A stretch of 60,123 nucleotides of DNA, filler included, from Sphacelaria rigidula (lineage: Eukaryota), in the NCBI GenBank assembly GCA_964200075.2. It is 9 parts of 9 records of this genome, joined end to end, with 100 filler letters (N's around TTAATTAATTAA, not from the genome) between each part and the next. Parts side by side here need not be neighbours in the genome. Positions count along the whole stretch, not along the records: positions 6,693 to 13,284 come from CAXNAA020019174.1; positions 13,385 to 19,976 come from CAXNAA020019175.1; positions 20,077 to 26,668 come from CAXNAA020019176.1; 6 more parts are not named here. One strand, written 5' to 3'. Positions 11,237 through 24,372 of this stretch are shown piece after piece. Under the pieces are notes generated by a model. The model was not told the origin of the DNA and did not search any database. It saw nothing but the letters and a program-made list of their open reading frames with translations. Both the position numbers and the translations under genes were made by a program. The first letter of the stretch is position 1, and each line of letters starts with the position of its first letter.

Positions 11237-14200
11237 AGGCGGCGGGCAGGTAGTAACAGTAGCGAGACACCGGGTAGAAACGTGGAAGAACCCGTGCGCA
11301 TGAGTAAGCGGGATATACTGATTCGGCCCAACGTTCGCCGCGTAGATCACTCACCATGATTCCATTCATGGGGTCATGTTCCGGGTGGTGTGCCTCGTCT
11401 ACCTACCACTAGTCCGGGCAAATTTGGCGAGGCATGAGATAATGTTGCTACTTCGGCTACAGACTGTTGCTACCGTGCGCTCGTGTATCGTACATGGGTG
11501 TGTGGGAGCTTTGCCGGCACCCGAGGTCATCGGGGACAGAGCGGGCAAGAAGCAGAAGCAAATAATACAGACAGCGTCAGATGTTAAGAATTTTGTAGTT
11601 GAGAATCTCAGCCTCGTTTTTTCTTTCAAATAAGTATTTACGGTTAAGCATTTGTGATCAACTCAAAGGGGGGAAATAAGAATTAGAAACTGAGGAGTTG
11701 CAAGAGGGTCGACAGGTAAGAATCTGCAAAAATGTATTACGCCTCAGATGAATAAGAAACTGCCTCCATGACCACCATGGCGACATCAGGCCCCCAAGCA
11801 AGCTGCCTCCTCTCTTAAACCGGCAAACAACATTGATATCCACTGGGACACCCGAAGGATAATGACAATTTGCTGGGACACCCCATGGATAATGGCAATC
11901 TGTACGAAACTCGTACAGTACTATTCTGTACTTTGTTTCTATTTTCTCTTTCGGTACAAGACTGGTTTACGTACTGCTTACTGCTGGCGCACGGTACACT
12001 ACTGTTATGGGCGCGCCTGACCCCCCAAAGTGAGCCAAAAAAGTGTCACCGACCAAAAGCACGAACAGATCGGAGATCTCGTTCATCCCCTGATTATGCA
12101 CGCCGTAAAATCCCCCCAAGTACTTGTGATTTGAGTGGGGTTTCCACTCGACGATTTCCCATTTTCATTGTCCGGGGCTACGAACCACGGCGTACCTGGG
12201 CTACTCACCGGCGTGTATTTATCCAAGCTACAATCTGGAAAGATTGTGGAACCAAAGGAGTTGTGGTGATTGAGAAAATCGCAAAAAACCCATGTTTTTT
12301 CCACTTAATTTGTTATAAAACTCGAATCCCGATGAGATTAAAAAAAATGTTGACCGAGTTTTTAGCTACCGTCTTGGCGCAAATGATGCAAAAAATTGCA
12401 TCCCAATCGATGGCCTTGACGATGAGTAATTGGGGCAATCGTTTGGGCTACGGGCGCAAACCAGCACCTCCAACCCTCGCCGGTTTTCACGACATGCGAA
12501 CACGTCACCCCTGTCCGACGGCCACATAATAGATTACACTCATCGATAACTCTTGATACTGCAGATGGTGGATACATCACATATGTGGAATGTTCGGCAG
12601 GTGGGTGTAGAATTGAACCTTTGACCGAACCCCTAGAGGCTTCCGTGTGTGCGGATATTTACCCCCACATCTGTGCACCGCTTGTGATAGTGGCAAGAGT
12701 AGCGCTCGTTCTCCTGCACCCGGTGCCATCACCACGCCACCGTCGACAGCGCAGCTTTGTATTTCATCTCACCTGGCGACAAGTGTGGACAAACTCTGAA
12801 CTGATGGAGAAAAGAAAGCCACAGAGAATGGTAAAGGCACAGCTCCCATGAAAAGATCCAGATTTCGGTGTTCGCAATAATATCAAGATGGATCAACTTA
12901 TCCTCCCCAATGGTCAACTATACTGCGTCAAGGCGACACAGAAGACAGCATAAAGTCGTCAGCCCTCTTTTGCTGAAGCCACATGGCACCGTAGCCCCAT
13001 TCATGTCTTTCAGTGCACCAACCCGTCCAAAGACACGCGTCCGTTTTATCGGTAGTGGTGGTTGACGACCGACGGTTTGTTTTCATTCCCTCTTGGAACA
13101 CGCTACCCTAGGAATCCTATAAAAATCGTGCATATTCATGAAATGAAGAGGCATACCCACGGAACAACAAATATCCTTGCACAGGGCGAGTCATTCACCT
13201 GCTAAAATTGTAGAACGATGAACATGACGAGGAAGTCGACCAACATCCGCCTAGCCTACATGACACACCTGGCGAATGTACTCCNNNNNNNNNNNNNNNN
13301 NNNNNNNNNNNNNNNNNNNNNNNNNNNNTTAATTAATTAANNNNNNNNNNNNNNNNNNNNNNNNNNNNNNNNNNNNNNNNNNNNAGGGAAAATAAGAAGA
13401 GCGACGCCACGAAAACCGGTGAGAAGTAGCTCCCTCGAGTTCAACGGGGAGAGATAACCGCTGATAAAAACAAAACACCACCGACCGATTACAGGGGCGG
13501 GTAATTGTCTACAAAAAAACGGTAAAAGTGACAGAAAAAAATAGCGAATGGTGGACTCTGAGCCTGTAGGCTGTACCAAAGGTCGAATATCGACATGGTA
13601 GAACGGACAGTTCCGGAAGAGCAATCTACGTCATCATGATACGCAATGGTCCTGAATGAGGAGATGTGCGTAACCGATTATACCGCGACTTTATGACAAA
13701 AGTAACACCGCTATGTACGACGTGGTCAGTGGTGACCTGGTTGTAACTTACCAATCACCGAGTATAAATCATCGCGTCGCATCACCCGTGACTCTGCTAT
13801 AAACGAGGTTGGTCACACGCGGCTGGATTCGCAAAAAAATAGGCCAACTGTTCAAGACTCAAGGGTCAGAAACGTTGGAGCACTCATGGAAAATTCCCGA
13901 CATAGAGGCGCAGAAACCAAGACCAAAAGTAAAACCAAAACCAGGGGCACGCTGGGCAACAGCGACAGCGAAATATCCGCAACATAAAGTAGAAAAACAA
14001 CACGTGGCAACCGTCCTTGTAAACGGGAGCGGTTATCGTGTGTATGAATCAAGCAGGGTCGAACGTTTCAACCAACAAGGTCAAGAAATTTCAGGCAAAC
14101 CCATGTTGATATAACACTCAACGTTGTACGCACAGAAAAAGGGGACGCGTCATTACCAATCCTGAAGGGGGAGGCGGTATGCGTGTACGGAGCGGTTGGG

Positions 14201-14869
14201 AAAGAGCGCAATTATTCAAGACGGGGAGGTCAGGCATATCTAGCGCTCGCTCCTAAAACTGTCAACCGAAAAGACAAAAAGAAAAAGACATGATACACAA
14301 GAGACAAAAGGTGCGTACGACGAAAAAAAGTGAAGAAGTATAACTTGTGGCAACTGTTCCAGTAGACGGAATGGTTGTGAATGTATGGCGCGGAGGACGG
14401 AGGTTCAAGATTCCAGACTCGGGGTCAGGAATGGAAAGGTCGCCACTCATGCTTTGCCAGATGAATCCAGAATTGAGCAAGAAAGTCACCCATTGAACAC
14501 AAAAAATCGAACACTAAACACGAGGCGAAAAGAGAAGAAAAAAATAGAAGAAAAAAATAGAAGAAACAAAGGCAAAAACAAATCAAAACGAATCAAAGCA
14601 AATGACGCAAAGGCGAAGAAAACCGAAACACCGGTCCAAAGAAACAAAAACAAAACACAACACAAAAAAGTACAAAACACAAAAACATAAGACCATATAC
14701 CAAATAAATAACACAACATCAACCACTACAAGTCCGGGGCTAATCAGTACGAAAAATAATGAAGGGGGGGGGGGGGGGAACACATGGTTTTCCAACGACG
14801 CTACGGTGCAAGACAAGCGACTCGAACGCGGTACACTACGCAGGTGAATGGGGAAGCAGACTCGGATGC

Positions 14870-17800
14870 GGCATCATGAGTCATCTGCATCCCAAGCGGT
14901 ATCCGTGTTCCGTAGAACAGCTGTTTCGAGTTCACCTTGGTCGTGTCGTTGGAGGCACCAGGATCCCCTCCGAGCAGTCAGCTCCTCGGTGTAGTCAGCA
15001 TCATCCAGGCGAATCTTAAGGGGGCTCGGGTCATCGAGGAAACGGATAAAGTAGGAGTGGTCAGACGCAGGATCGACCAAATGAATTTTACCCAACCACC
15101 ACAGTGAATCCAAGGCCTTATACCAAAAGTATCCCCCTTTCGGCAATCGTTTTCAGTGAAAACACTGCATGTACTATGAACGCGAAAGAAGGCTATATCC
15201 TGTCACAACAAACCGCACTGAGTGTTCACGTGCCAGTTCCCGAGCAGCAGCTCCCTTGCGCATCGACCGATATCTCGTATTCAACGGGCGGTGTTGGACG
15301 GTATCTCCTACACAGTACAGCAATATTTCCCGACGAAAATGACGCAAATCAACTTCACGCTCCCATGTAACACGCATGATACCCTTCCAATGTGTTTGAT
15401 ACATTACCGCTATCTTACCTCCACGACCGCGAACCAGTTGATGGCCCGAAATCCTATCTACCTCGACGCGTTCCAGGGGTGCGTCCGCATCCTCGACCGT
15501 CATATGATACGGCGGAGTTTTGATTGCATACTTGGTCAACACATACTGGCTAAGCCCTAGCGTCAGTTGTTTGTGCATGTCAGAGGAGTCATGAGGGGGG
15601 ATACATGGTTTGTATCGTAGCATCGAGACGCGATTGTTCGGTTTCAAACCAGGTTCATCCATGGGAAAATGTAAATACAAAAGTTTCGCTCCCACCGGAC
15701 TCTTGTCGGGTGCGGTAGCGCTTGGACCAACAGCTAAAATTTCCCAAGACCAGTCCAATTCAAGGATAGTTTCGCCTTCAACACTTTATCCAAAGATGAT
15801 TATTTCGAGCTAGCCCCTTGATTGATGGTCTTCACATCGTTATACACCCATGCCCATTGGCCTACCTTCCACACCGGGCGGTTATGTACCACATCATCCA
15901 ACATTGAGTTCGCCATGGCCACCTCGGCCAAGTTGATTTCGTTCTGTTCTCGTACCACTTCATATGCAAGACGAAGACGATTGCTAACCGACAAATGATA
16001 CTCTGCAACATCACGATCCAGGCTCTGATGTCCACCAGTAATTTTGCGTTCGAATACCGTTAAAGTCAACATAGGCATGCGTCCAATATGAATTTCGTTC
16101 GGCGACAATCCCGTAGCGACATTGACTGAATTATTGTAGTTCATCTGGACAAGGGGCAGGTGCAGATCCCAGTCCACCTGTCTCTCATTTGCTACAGCAG
16201 CAAGCATCATTGAGATCGTATGATTCACTCGTTCCGTTCCACCATTGGTGGAAGGGTTATATGAACTAGTAAAAATGCGATGGGCACCCAAAAGGTCACT
16301 GACGGCGACTGAAAGTTTGCCTGAAAAATGCGGGCCGTTGTCAGACAGTCAGAGCTTTGGGCACACCCCACAGTGGGATGTACATGTAGACAAGAATGTT
16401 GGCGGTACCTTCCGCAGTATAACTACTGGAGGGGACGGCGCGCATCACCGCATGTCGACTAAATCTATTCGTAAACAACAAAATATACTTATTTCCACCA
16501 TCCGTCAGGGGCAAAGGACCAAAATAGTCCCACGAAACTACTTCAACAGGCCCGTTTGGGAGTGGCATGGAAACAATCGGCCGACGGACTGTTTGACGAG
16601 AAGTTTTTCGCGCCTGACACAAGAGACAACGCCTCACCCACCAACGACAACACTGTTCCATACAAATCCACCAATAAAAACGTTCCGACATCTGGGAGGT
16701 CCTAATGGCGCCTAAATGAGTCGATGCCTGTATATGACATTCGTGTAGAACCCATGGGCGCAGGAGCATCGGGATGTAGATGCGGATGGGTTCATCACCT
16801 AGCAAGCGGGCATGTCGACTTGTAGGCTTCCCCCTGGGGAGGGCTGCTGTGGGCCGGCGAGCTGACAGAACTATACCATCATCATCCGTATGTAGCATAC
16901 CTTTCCTTGAAAGTTCAGTAACTTCATCCTGTGTGGGCGCTTTGAGATTCCCGACTGGCAAAAGGAATTTGGTTTCTGAGAATGGACATGGACAACCTTC
17001 AGATAGATAATGGATAGCTGATTTACAAGCAGGTTCTGCCTGTTTTTCCCGGGCCCAATCGGCGTGGGAGAAGAGAGTAAAACGTTCCTTGAATACACCA
17101 TCTGTTGAAGCGTCTACTTCGTGTTGGGTTGGTTCGGGGCGGGGTTGGCACGAAGCGGTGATTTCGGAGTCAAGGGTGAGCCCACCAGTTGGTGTACTCT
17201 CAGACGGAACGTTGACGTCTACTCCTGCGTCGATTAGCGTGGAGGGTGTGGTGGTGGTATTTGCAATATCATCACCAAGGGAGGGGGGCACGGCCGTGGT
17301 TTCGGCTATGGTTGGCAGGGGCGGCACGGTCGGGGTCGATTTTCTGAGGGCCTTGCGTCGCGGAGGCTGCGGGGGCGCAAGGAAACTATCGGGGACCGGG
17401 GTGGGGGCAGGGAGGGGAAGGTCAGGACCAGATACGGCTAATTCGGTGACCGTTTCGGCGGTTCGCCGTCCACGAGTCCTACTCGAAATCAAATCTCGAA
17501 CTTGAACTGGTAAGACAAATACTGACGCAAACATCGCACGCCCCAAACAACTGCGCCGGCCTCTTGTTCCATGACAGACCAGTTCTCTTCATTCGGGAAA
17601 GTGGTGCGACTCAGATAGGCAATGGGACGAACAGTAGCATCGACTTGCTCCTGTTCTAATGTGCAGCCAAACCAAATTTTGGAAGAATCTGTGTGGAACC
17701 GGAAGGGCGAGAACCCTGCTCCGCGGCCGACCAGTCGGGGAAGACGAGAATCGGCGGGCGGGCGAGGGTGTCAAGAAGACGGCGGACGGTTTTTTCCATT

Positions 17801-19850
17801 TCCAATGTGAACACAAATTTCACCCCTTTTTTCAGGAGGGTGGTGAGGGGTTTTAGCGTTTGGGCAAGGTTTGGCAAATACTGTCTGTAGTAGCTTAGAC
17901 CTCCCAACAAGGAACGCAGTTGAGAAATGTCCCGTGGCATGGGCATATCGGAGAGTGCGGCGACCTTGTCGAAATTTGGGCTACGACCTTCGGGGCTGAT
18001 GCAATGACCCAAGAACTCAATATTCGTGGCGCCAATGCGGGATTTGGAGGGTGCGAGTTTCAAGTTGTGTTGTTCAAACCGATTAAAGAATGATGCCAAC
18101 TGTTCGACGTGTTCAGCCGGTGTGGAGTCGTGGCACACCGCATCATCAAGATACATATGGCATTTGGGCAATCCATCAGTTACACGTTGAAACGCACCTG
18201 GGGCTCCGGCGGCACCTTGTGGTGTAACCAGCCACTCGTATAAACCTGATGGCGTGCAAAACGCTGTCAGTTCCATGGAATTTGGATCCATCACGAGCTG
18301 GTGGTAGCCGGACTGCATGTCAAAGTTCGAAATACTTTAGCCCCGCCAAGAGAGTCAATAATTTCATCAATCCGTGGAAGTGGCAACCGGGCGATTTTGG
18401 TGACAGCGTTCAGTCGTTGATAATTGACCGTCAGTCTGGTTTTGCCATTCTTGTTAAGGACGACTACTAAAGGCGAGGCCCACGGAGACGTCGAGTGCCG
18501 AGTTAAACCGGCGGACAAGTAACCATCGAGAATTACCTGGATCTTATCCGCTGAAAGGGGGTTCGTACGGTACGGACGCATAGCGATAGGCGGAGTGCCA
18601 TCAGGAATCTTGATCTTGAACGGTGTCGTGGTACATCGACTTAAATCCAAGGATGCAGTAGAAAACCGTTCAGAGTATCTAATCAAGATGGATCTCAATC
18701 TATCGATGACAGTGGGTGTCCAACCATCGCCAGATAGATCAAGAACGATATGCCGTAAGTGAGGGGGAATGTCATCCCACAACGTTTGAACACTGGCGCG
18801 TTGTTCTGGAGAAAATCTATCCAGTAATGCAGTTGGAGGTTGAGGGTCAGGCGCATCTGGTGGATTTGTCACCACCATGGGATCAGGCATGTGTAGCGGA
18901 GGGGGGGGCGTGGATTTCGGGCGGGCGGTCGGCGAGTTGTTGTTCACCGGGGGGCACACATCTGACAGGGCGGTTCGTATGAGAGGCGCTTGAGCATAAC
19001 CCAACAACTGACCGTTGAGTATATCGAAACATGCAGGGGGCGTGAGGTAAATGGCCTGCCTACCTTCGTGGACAAAGACTTCGGTCCGTTCAAACGGACC
19101 AACCTGTGCTTGGTCAGGTTTGAGCAATTCGACCAAATATTGTCCTATGAAGACGGGCGATCCATTGCGTCTCACGAGGTTCACTTGGATCAGTTGGGGT
19201 TCACGAGAAAGCGAAATTACCGGTTCACCAACATAATACAGACGGAAAGAATTACCTGTTTTCGTGGGGTCATCCTCATAAGCATGAGCTCCCAAATCAG
19301 TGTCGAAGTGACCCAGTGACAGTTTGCCTGTGACTGGACGGTTCAGGACAGGTGTGTCCGTCGTATACGTGTGTGTGGAAAAATGAAGCCAACTATCTCG
19401 ACCCAACAAAACATCAAAAGACATGGAACCGTCGGGCACAATTAGTGCCCATACGGACACCGAGCAGTGGGAGTAGTATCCTGGTAGAATTGTACACTTA
19501 GTTTCACCGATTGATTGACCGTAAAAGATGTGGAGGAACCAAATCCACCAAAAACACGAGGGCGTACGGTGGATAGACAATGCTTGTCCGCCGCGCCCGC
19601 GTTGATCATTTGTTGCCAGCAGCTGGCTGTAATGAACGTTTGAGGCGAACCAGAGTCTGGTAGTGCAAGCGCTATCAAATGATAGTTTGCAGGCGCTCCA
19701 CTATGTAAACCTATCTTGGTCGTAAAAGAAGCATTATCCAGAGTTGCAGTACCACTGACGAGATCGGGCCCGAATTCGGGTAAGACATCTGACACATCCT
19801 GCTTTGCGTTTTGAACGAAGGTGCTAAAATACACCCGTTGATGATCCTGT
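14870..19850 (-). mobile_element. Degenerate Ty3/Gypsy pol: protease, RT, truncated RNase H, integrase, chromodomain
   Basis: Protease ALPDSGS; RT PYR..SPWASP, YHQ..TAFCTP, MYLDD, FLGH; integrase HHCC (HLG..FYWW..CLLCQARK), WDYFGPLP, NGGTERVN; chromodomain EVDRISGH..YQTHWKG..TWE. Several frameshifts. Confidence 0.93.
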
Positions 19851-19926
19851 GGGGCAAGCTTTTGGTCGGAAGGATGGTGCGTGCATGGAGTGTCAGTGTT
19901 TATGCCTGTGACGGTTTAAGAGACAA

Positions 19927-19976
19927 CCAACTAGACTACTGACCAGTCAGCGCTGACTGGTCAGTGGTCTAGTTGG
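19927..19976. repeat. 50-bp near-perfect palindrome at contig end
   Basis: ccaactagactactgaccagtcagc|gctgactggtcagtggtctagttgg, one mismatch. Confidence 0.9.
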
Positions 19977-20240
19977 NNNNNNNNNNNNNNNNNNNNNNNN
20001 NNNNNNNNNNNNNNNNNNNNTTAATTAATTAANNNNNNNNNNNNNNNNNNNNNNNNNNNNNNNNNNNNNNNNNNNNCGTCTCACGCAAATCATCATTTCT
20101 CACTGAATTCTGAACCGATTTGAACAAGGTCACGCACAGCGTGCTCAGCTGATGAGCATCAATGAATGGAGCGGTGTGTTTTGGTTTGAGAGGCTGATGC
20201 AATTCCCAGGTTCACGTTGGATTGTGTTGACTTGTCTGTC

Positions 20241-20472
20241 CAAACTGGCGGGGGTCGGCAGGCACAGATTTTTACGCGCAGATCTTTGTTCCGCGGCCGA
20301 TTTCGAACCGCGGAGCCAAGCGAATCTGAAAGGCAGACTAGGCTCCTCTCTGTGGGGTGATGCGAAGTGTCCGAGACGTGTGTTAGCGGTTTTCCCTGTT
20401 TGGGGATCAAAAGGTGGATCAAACGTTCCAAAAGTGAACAGTCCGCGGGCCAAAAATCTGTGTGCCATAACA
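20241..20472. mobile_element. Right arm of a TGT...ACA long-TIR DNA transposon derivative
   Basis: Aligns with 39817-40050 and ends ...aaaatctgtgtgccataaca. Confidence 0.8.
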
Positions 20473-20877
20473 TCTGGCCTTACTGTGCAACCAAACTCTC
20501 ACTGGACAGGACATGGAGATGCACACAGGGGCCTCTTCGTGAATCGACCATCATTTTCCGTCTTTTTCAGGTGGAGATGATGCCGATTCTGAAAATGATC
20601 CGTGCAACACCCCGAGAAATATTTTCGCTCAAGAAGTGCAATCCTATCGTAGCATCACTCAGCAGATGTACCGCAGGTTTGTCGACAGGTGGTGGACAAG
20701 CAGGTATTGGAGGGGAGCTCGTACGGTAGTTTTGTCTGCTTGTCACTTCACAAGTATGGTACATTAGAGAGGTTCAGGTGAGGCACAACCGTGGTAGTAT
20801 GGTAAAAAAGAGTGTTCCCCGTAAGGGTTCTTGCCGGGCACTGCTGAAATTTCGCTGAAAACTAGAAACGGGTACAA

Positions 20878-21060
20878 GGGGGGGCACTCATTGGTTACAT
20901 GCCTTAGTCGTTTGACATTGACCACGCATTCCTTTCGAGACGGAGCACCATTCTTACTCCCGATGAGGACATCTCCAATATTTGCGTGCGCATCAAGTTT
21001 CTTCCATACGTTGCAAAAAAAACGTCTACATATCTTATCCCCGTCCTTTGTCGCCGTCTA
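20878..21060 (-). mobile_element. 5'-truncated LINE 3' end (~180 bp) with oligo(C) tail
   Basis: G7 followed by cactcattggttacatgccttagtcg...; aligns with 21078-21260. Confidence 0.8.
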
Positions 21061-21074
21061 TGATGTGTACACGG

Positions 21075-22530
21075 ATGGGCGTACTCATTTTTTGCTTGCC
21101 TTGGTCGTTTGACCGTTGACCACGCATCCCTTCCGAGACGGAGCATCGTTCCTACTCCTAATAGAGACACCTTCAACATTCCGACGCTCATTACGTCTCT
21201 CCCATACATTACACAATTTTTTTTACATATCTTATCTCCGTCCTGTTTCGCCCTCTGTCGCCATCATTTATCTTCTGGTGTAGCCATCGTTTACTCCCTA
21301 CTGTCTAATGCATCAAACGATTTCATTCCACCTTCGTTCACGTCCCGCATTTCTCCCTCTAGCACGTCCCGTTCCTCCTTGTAGAGTTCACATCCTGCCA
21401 CTATATGACCTCTGCTATGTATTGCTTCACCACAGAGGCACTTCTGTGCAGCTACGTTCTCCTCCTTTCGACTACTGGTATATTTCCTTCTTCCTGGCAG
21501 GTCCAGGTCCCCCACCCGAAACCGCAGTTTCACTTTCTTCGCCGCGTGCATGGGGTCATGCAGGTATGCTTTCATCCCGATCCCCTCTCTCGACCTCTCG
21601 TATATCTCCAGGTGTTCTCCCTCACCTACTTTGCGTCTGAGCGCTCCTTTCCCCCTTATTTCGATCATATTTCTCACTTTTTCTTTGTACCCCGCGTCTT
21701 CATCTATGGACAGTATTTCGTCTTGGTTTCCTCCTGTCTCCTTCCACATTTCCTCGGCTTCTCTCTCCTACCTTATTCCAGCCTGCCTTATCAACTTTAC
21801 CTGTCAGTCTCTTCCTCTGCATGTTCTTTACGCTGTATTGCCATCGCAATTTCCTCATGTCTCTGTTATAAGTGAGTACCTGTACATTCCCAACTCTGCT
21901 CTCAAAGCTGTATTTCTCGTCGTTTTCGAGCATCCCAGTATTATTTTAGCTGCTGCCATCTGCATTGTTTCTTGCTTCTCCATCAATTTCACGTTCTCCT
22001 TCCATACTTCTCCTGCATGTTCCAGCTTTGGTACGATCACGTTCATCAGGATACATCTCTTGATCCTAGTGCCTCGGTGCTAATCTCTGAGGATCACGTC
22101 CATCCTTCCCTATTGGTTGATTGATTGATTATCTCACATTAGCTGATTGCAACAACCCAGCCCGTGGTCAGGAGCAGCAAAAAGCAGAACAGAACGATAA
22201 AAGAAAAGAGAGGGAAAGGAACAGAGAAAGACAGAAGCAACGGCCTCAGAAAGGAAAGAAGAAAGGGAGTAGCGATAACAACAAAAGCATTCTATCTGTG
22301 CCTTATCCTTTTCTATTACTTTGTTTATGTGTGCATCCCAAGAACAGTGTTTGGAAATCTCTACGCCAAGGCATGTATACTGGTTCACAATCGGCAGTTC
22401 CTCTTCTCCCAACTTCTACTTGAACTCTATCGGATGTTTCTTATCTTCGTTGAAGACGGGTACCGCGCATTTGTTAACATTCGCTGTCACTCTCCATTTC
22501 CTAGTGTATTCTAGCGCCTTCTCTTTCTGT
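21075..22530 (-). mobile_element. Decayed non-LTR retrotransposon 3' portion (RTEX-like: RT thumb plus C-terminal CCHC finger), interrupted by an insertion at ~22113-22290
   Basis: QYTCLGVEIS...WDAHI; VPKLEHAGEVW; ALRAELG; KLRFRVG...CLCG...HIVAGC. Terminates in the shared motif (GAPSRKGCVVNGQTTKAS-type) just before gtacgccc. Confidence 0.8.
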
Positions 22531-22592
22531 TTCTAGCCCCCGCTGAGAGAGTATCGAAATAGCATGAAAGCGAATCCAGACGTGCATATATT

Positions 22593-23757
22593 CAAGGGTA
22601 GGTCGAGTAGAGTATGTACTTCTGTGTACTCAAGTATAATACTCGAGTATTGCTGAGAGTGCTCACTCACTATTTGAGTTGAGTATTTGAGGTCATACTC
22701 GATCTACTCAAAATTTGAGTAGAGTACTGAGGTCATACTCAAGTGATACTCTATACTCGAGTATTACTGAGAGTGCTTACTCGAGACTTGAGTAGAGTAT
22801 TTGAGGTCGTACTCGACCTACTCAAACGTCGAGTAGAGTAAATACTTGAGTATCGAGTACCGCTTGGGTATGGTGAGTACCCCTGACAGTTGACAGTCGG
22901 CGACTTCGTGACGTCCATTTACAGCCTATGTTGAGTGCATGGGCGAACGATGGCCATCAATTAGATGGGCGGCGTCACATCACAGCCAACAAGGAGTATG
23001 GGCGAATCATGGCCCTAACCAAAACAAAAAAGCGTGCAGGTAAACGAACCTACCTGCCCTAACGCCCCATCTCATCAGCCCCACCCACGGCAGTTCATAC
23101 TCGATACCTCCCGATGCCTTCGATATCACTTCCAGTACAGAACGCTACTCATCATCATCGAGTAATCGAGTAGTCGAGTAGTCAAGTAGGTATTATCAAA
23201 ATGAGCGACTGTACTGGCCACATACAGTTCATCACGGGTGGGCAACTCTAGGAATACCTCGGTATGTCCTCTACCCGAGTTTGAGTATCTCGCGTACGAA
23301 CTTGAATATAGAAGTTGAAGTTATAGGTTTTCGATACATCGGATCCGGCCTCAGATACTCTACTCAAATTTGAGTAGGTCGAGTACGACCTCCAATAGTG
23401 TACTCAAATTTTGAGTAGGCCGAGTACGGCCTCAAGTACTCCACTCGAATTTTGAGCACGTTGAGTACGGCCTCAAATACTCTACTCAAATTTTGAGTAC
23501 GTTGAGTACGGCCTCCAGTACTCTACTCAAATTTAAGTAGATCGCGTACGACCTCGAATTATCTACTCAAATTTTGAGTAAGCCCTCTCAGTAATACTTG
23601 AGTATAGAGTATCACTTGAGTATGATCTCAAGTACTCTCCTCGAATTATTGAGTAGGTTGAGTATGACCTCAAATACTCTAGTCAAACTTAGCGTACTAA
23701 AAGTATGACTCTTCAAAAATGCTGAGCATTGAGTATACTCTACTCGACCTACCCTTG
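22593..23757. mobile_element. Foldback-type DNA transposon derivative (hAT- or P-type termini) with internal ~41-bp tandem subrepeats
   Basis: TIR caagggtaggtcgagtagagtat ... atactctactcgacctacccttg. The arms are built of tactctactcaaattttgagtaggtcgagtacgacctc-like units in opposite orientation. Confidence 0.85.
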
Positions 23758-23999
23758 CCCATATACAGCACAAGCTGGAATCAAAACATTCACAACGTCA
23801 CAGCCGCGGGTACTCAGGGTCTCTGTCACGTTCATGAAGGAAAAAAACTGACGAAGATTTAAGCCCCCGGCGTTTGTACTAGTAGTCGAATTGATGAGTA
23901 CTATAGACGTTACCCGATGTAAACGAGATTTGATCACCGAGGGGTAATCGAGTGGGCGTCGGAGAATAGGCCTGGACGGTGGGTCGGGGGCGAACGTAC

Positions 24000-24372
24000 C
24001 TGTTTTTTTTGTCTTTTTTACTTCTTTTCTTCTCACCTTCAATATCCCCTCTTCCTCGGGAGGAGTCTGTGGTCTCAAGGGGATCAACCCAATGTATCTC
24101 CCGGTGCACGCCTTGACTTTTGGTATCTATCGCGAACTGGATTGGACCGGCACTACTCCCGCACCGCATCGACCACAGTGTAACAAACTCAACCTCGAGC
24201 CAATACAGAGTCCTTATGACAACTCACGTCCTCGCGCTGATTATTTCATTTCAACCATGGGAATCAGCTGCTTGTGAAAAAAACGCTTAACTATACGCAT
24301 CTGGCGGGGTTCGAACCCGTGTTTTCCCGCCCAAATGGTGTGAGTTGTTCCATTTTCATTCAGACAGGGGCA
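24000..24372 (-). mobile_element. Probable tRNA-derived SINE
   Basis: The minus strand begins gcccctgt..., carries a B-box GGTTCGAACCC (+ strand ~24305-24318) followed by a T-run, and ends in an A-rich stretch near 24000-24030. Confidence 0.5.

Noticed and set aside
12004..12530. Segment starting tgttatgg, like the Ginger-like MITE
   Set aside because: Similarity is limited to 8 bp and no matching inverted end was found.
13385..14800. 3' LTR/PPT of the contig-3 Gypsy element
   Set aside because: No second LTR for comparison and no convincing PPT-TG boundary; the K/N-rich ORFs there are low-complexity artefacts.
23350..23700. CRISPR-like periodic palindromic repeats
   Set aside because: Units are contiguous with no unique spacers, they lie inside TIRs, no cas genes are present, and the context is eukaryotic.
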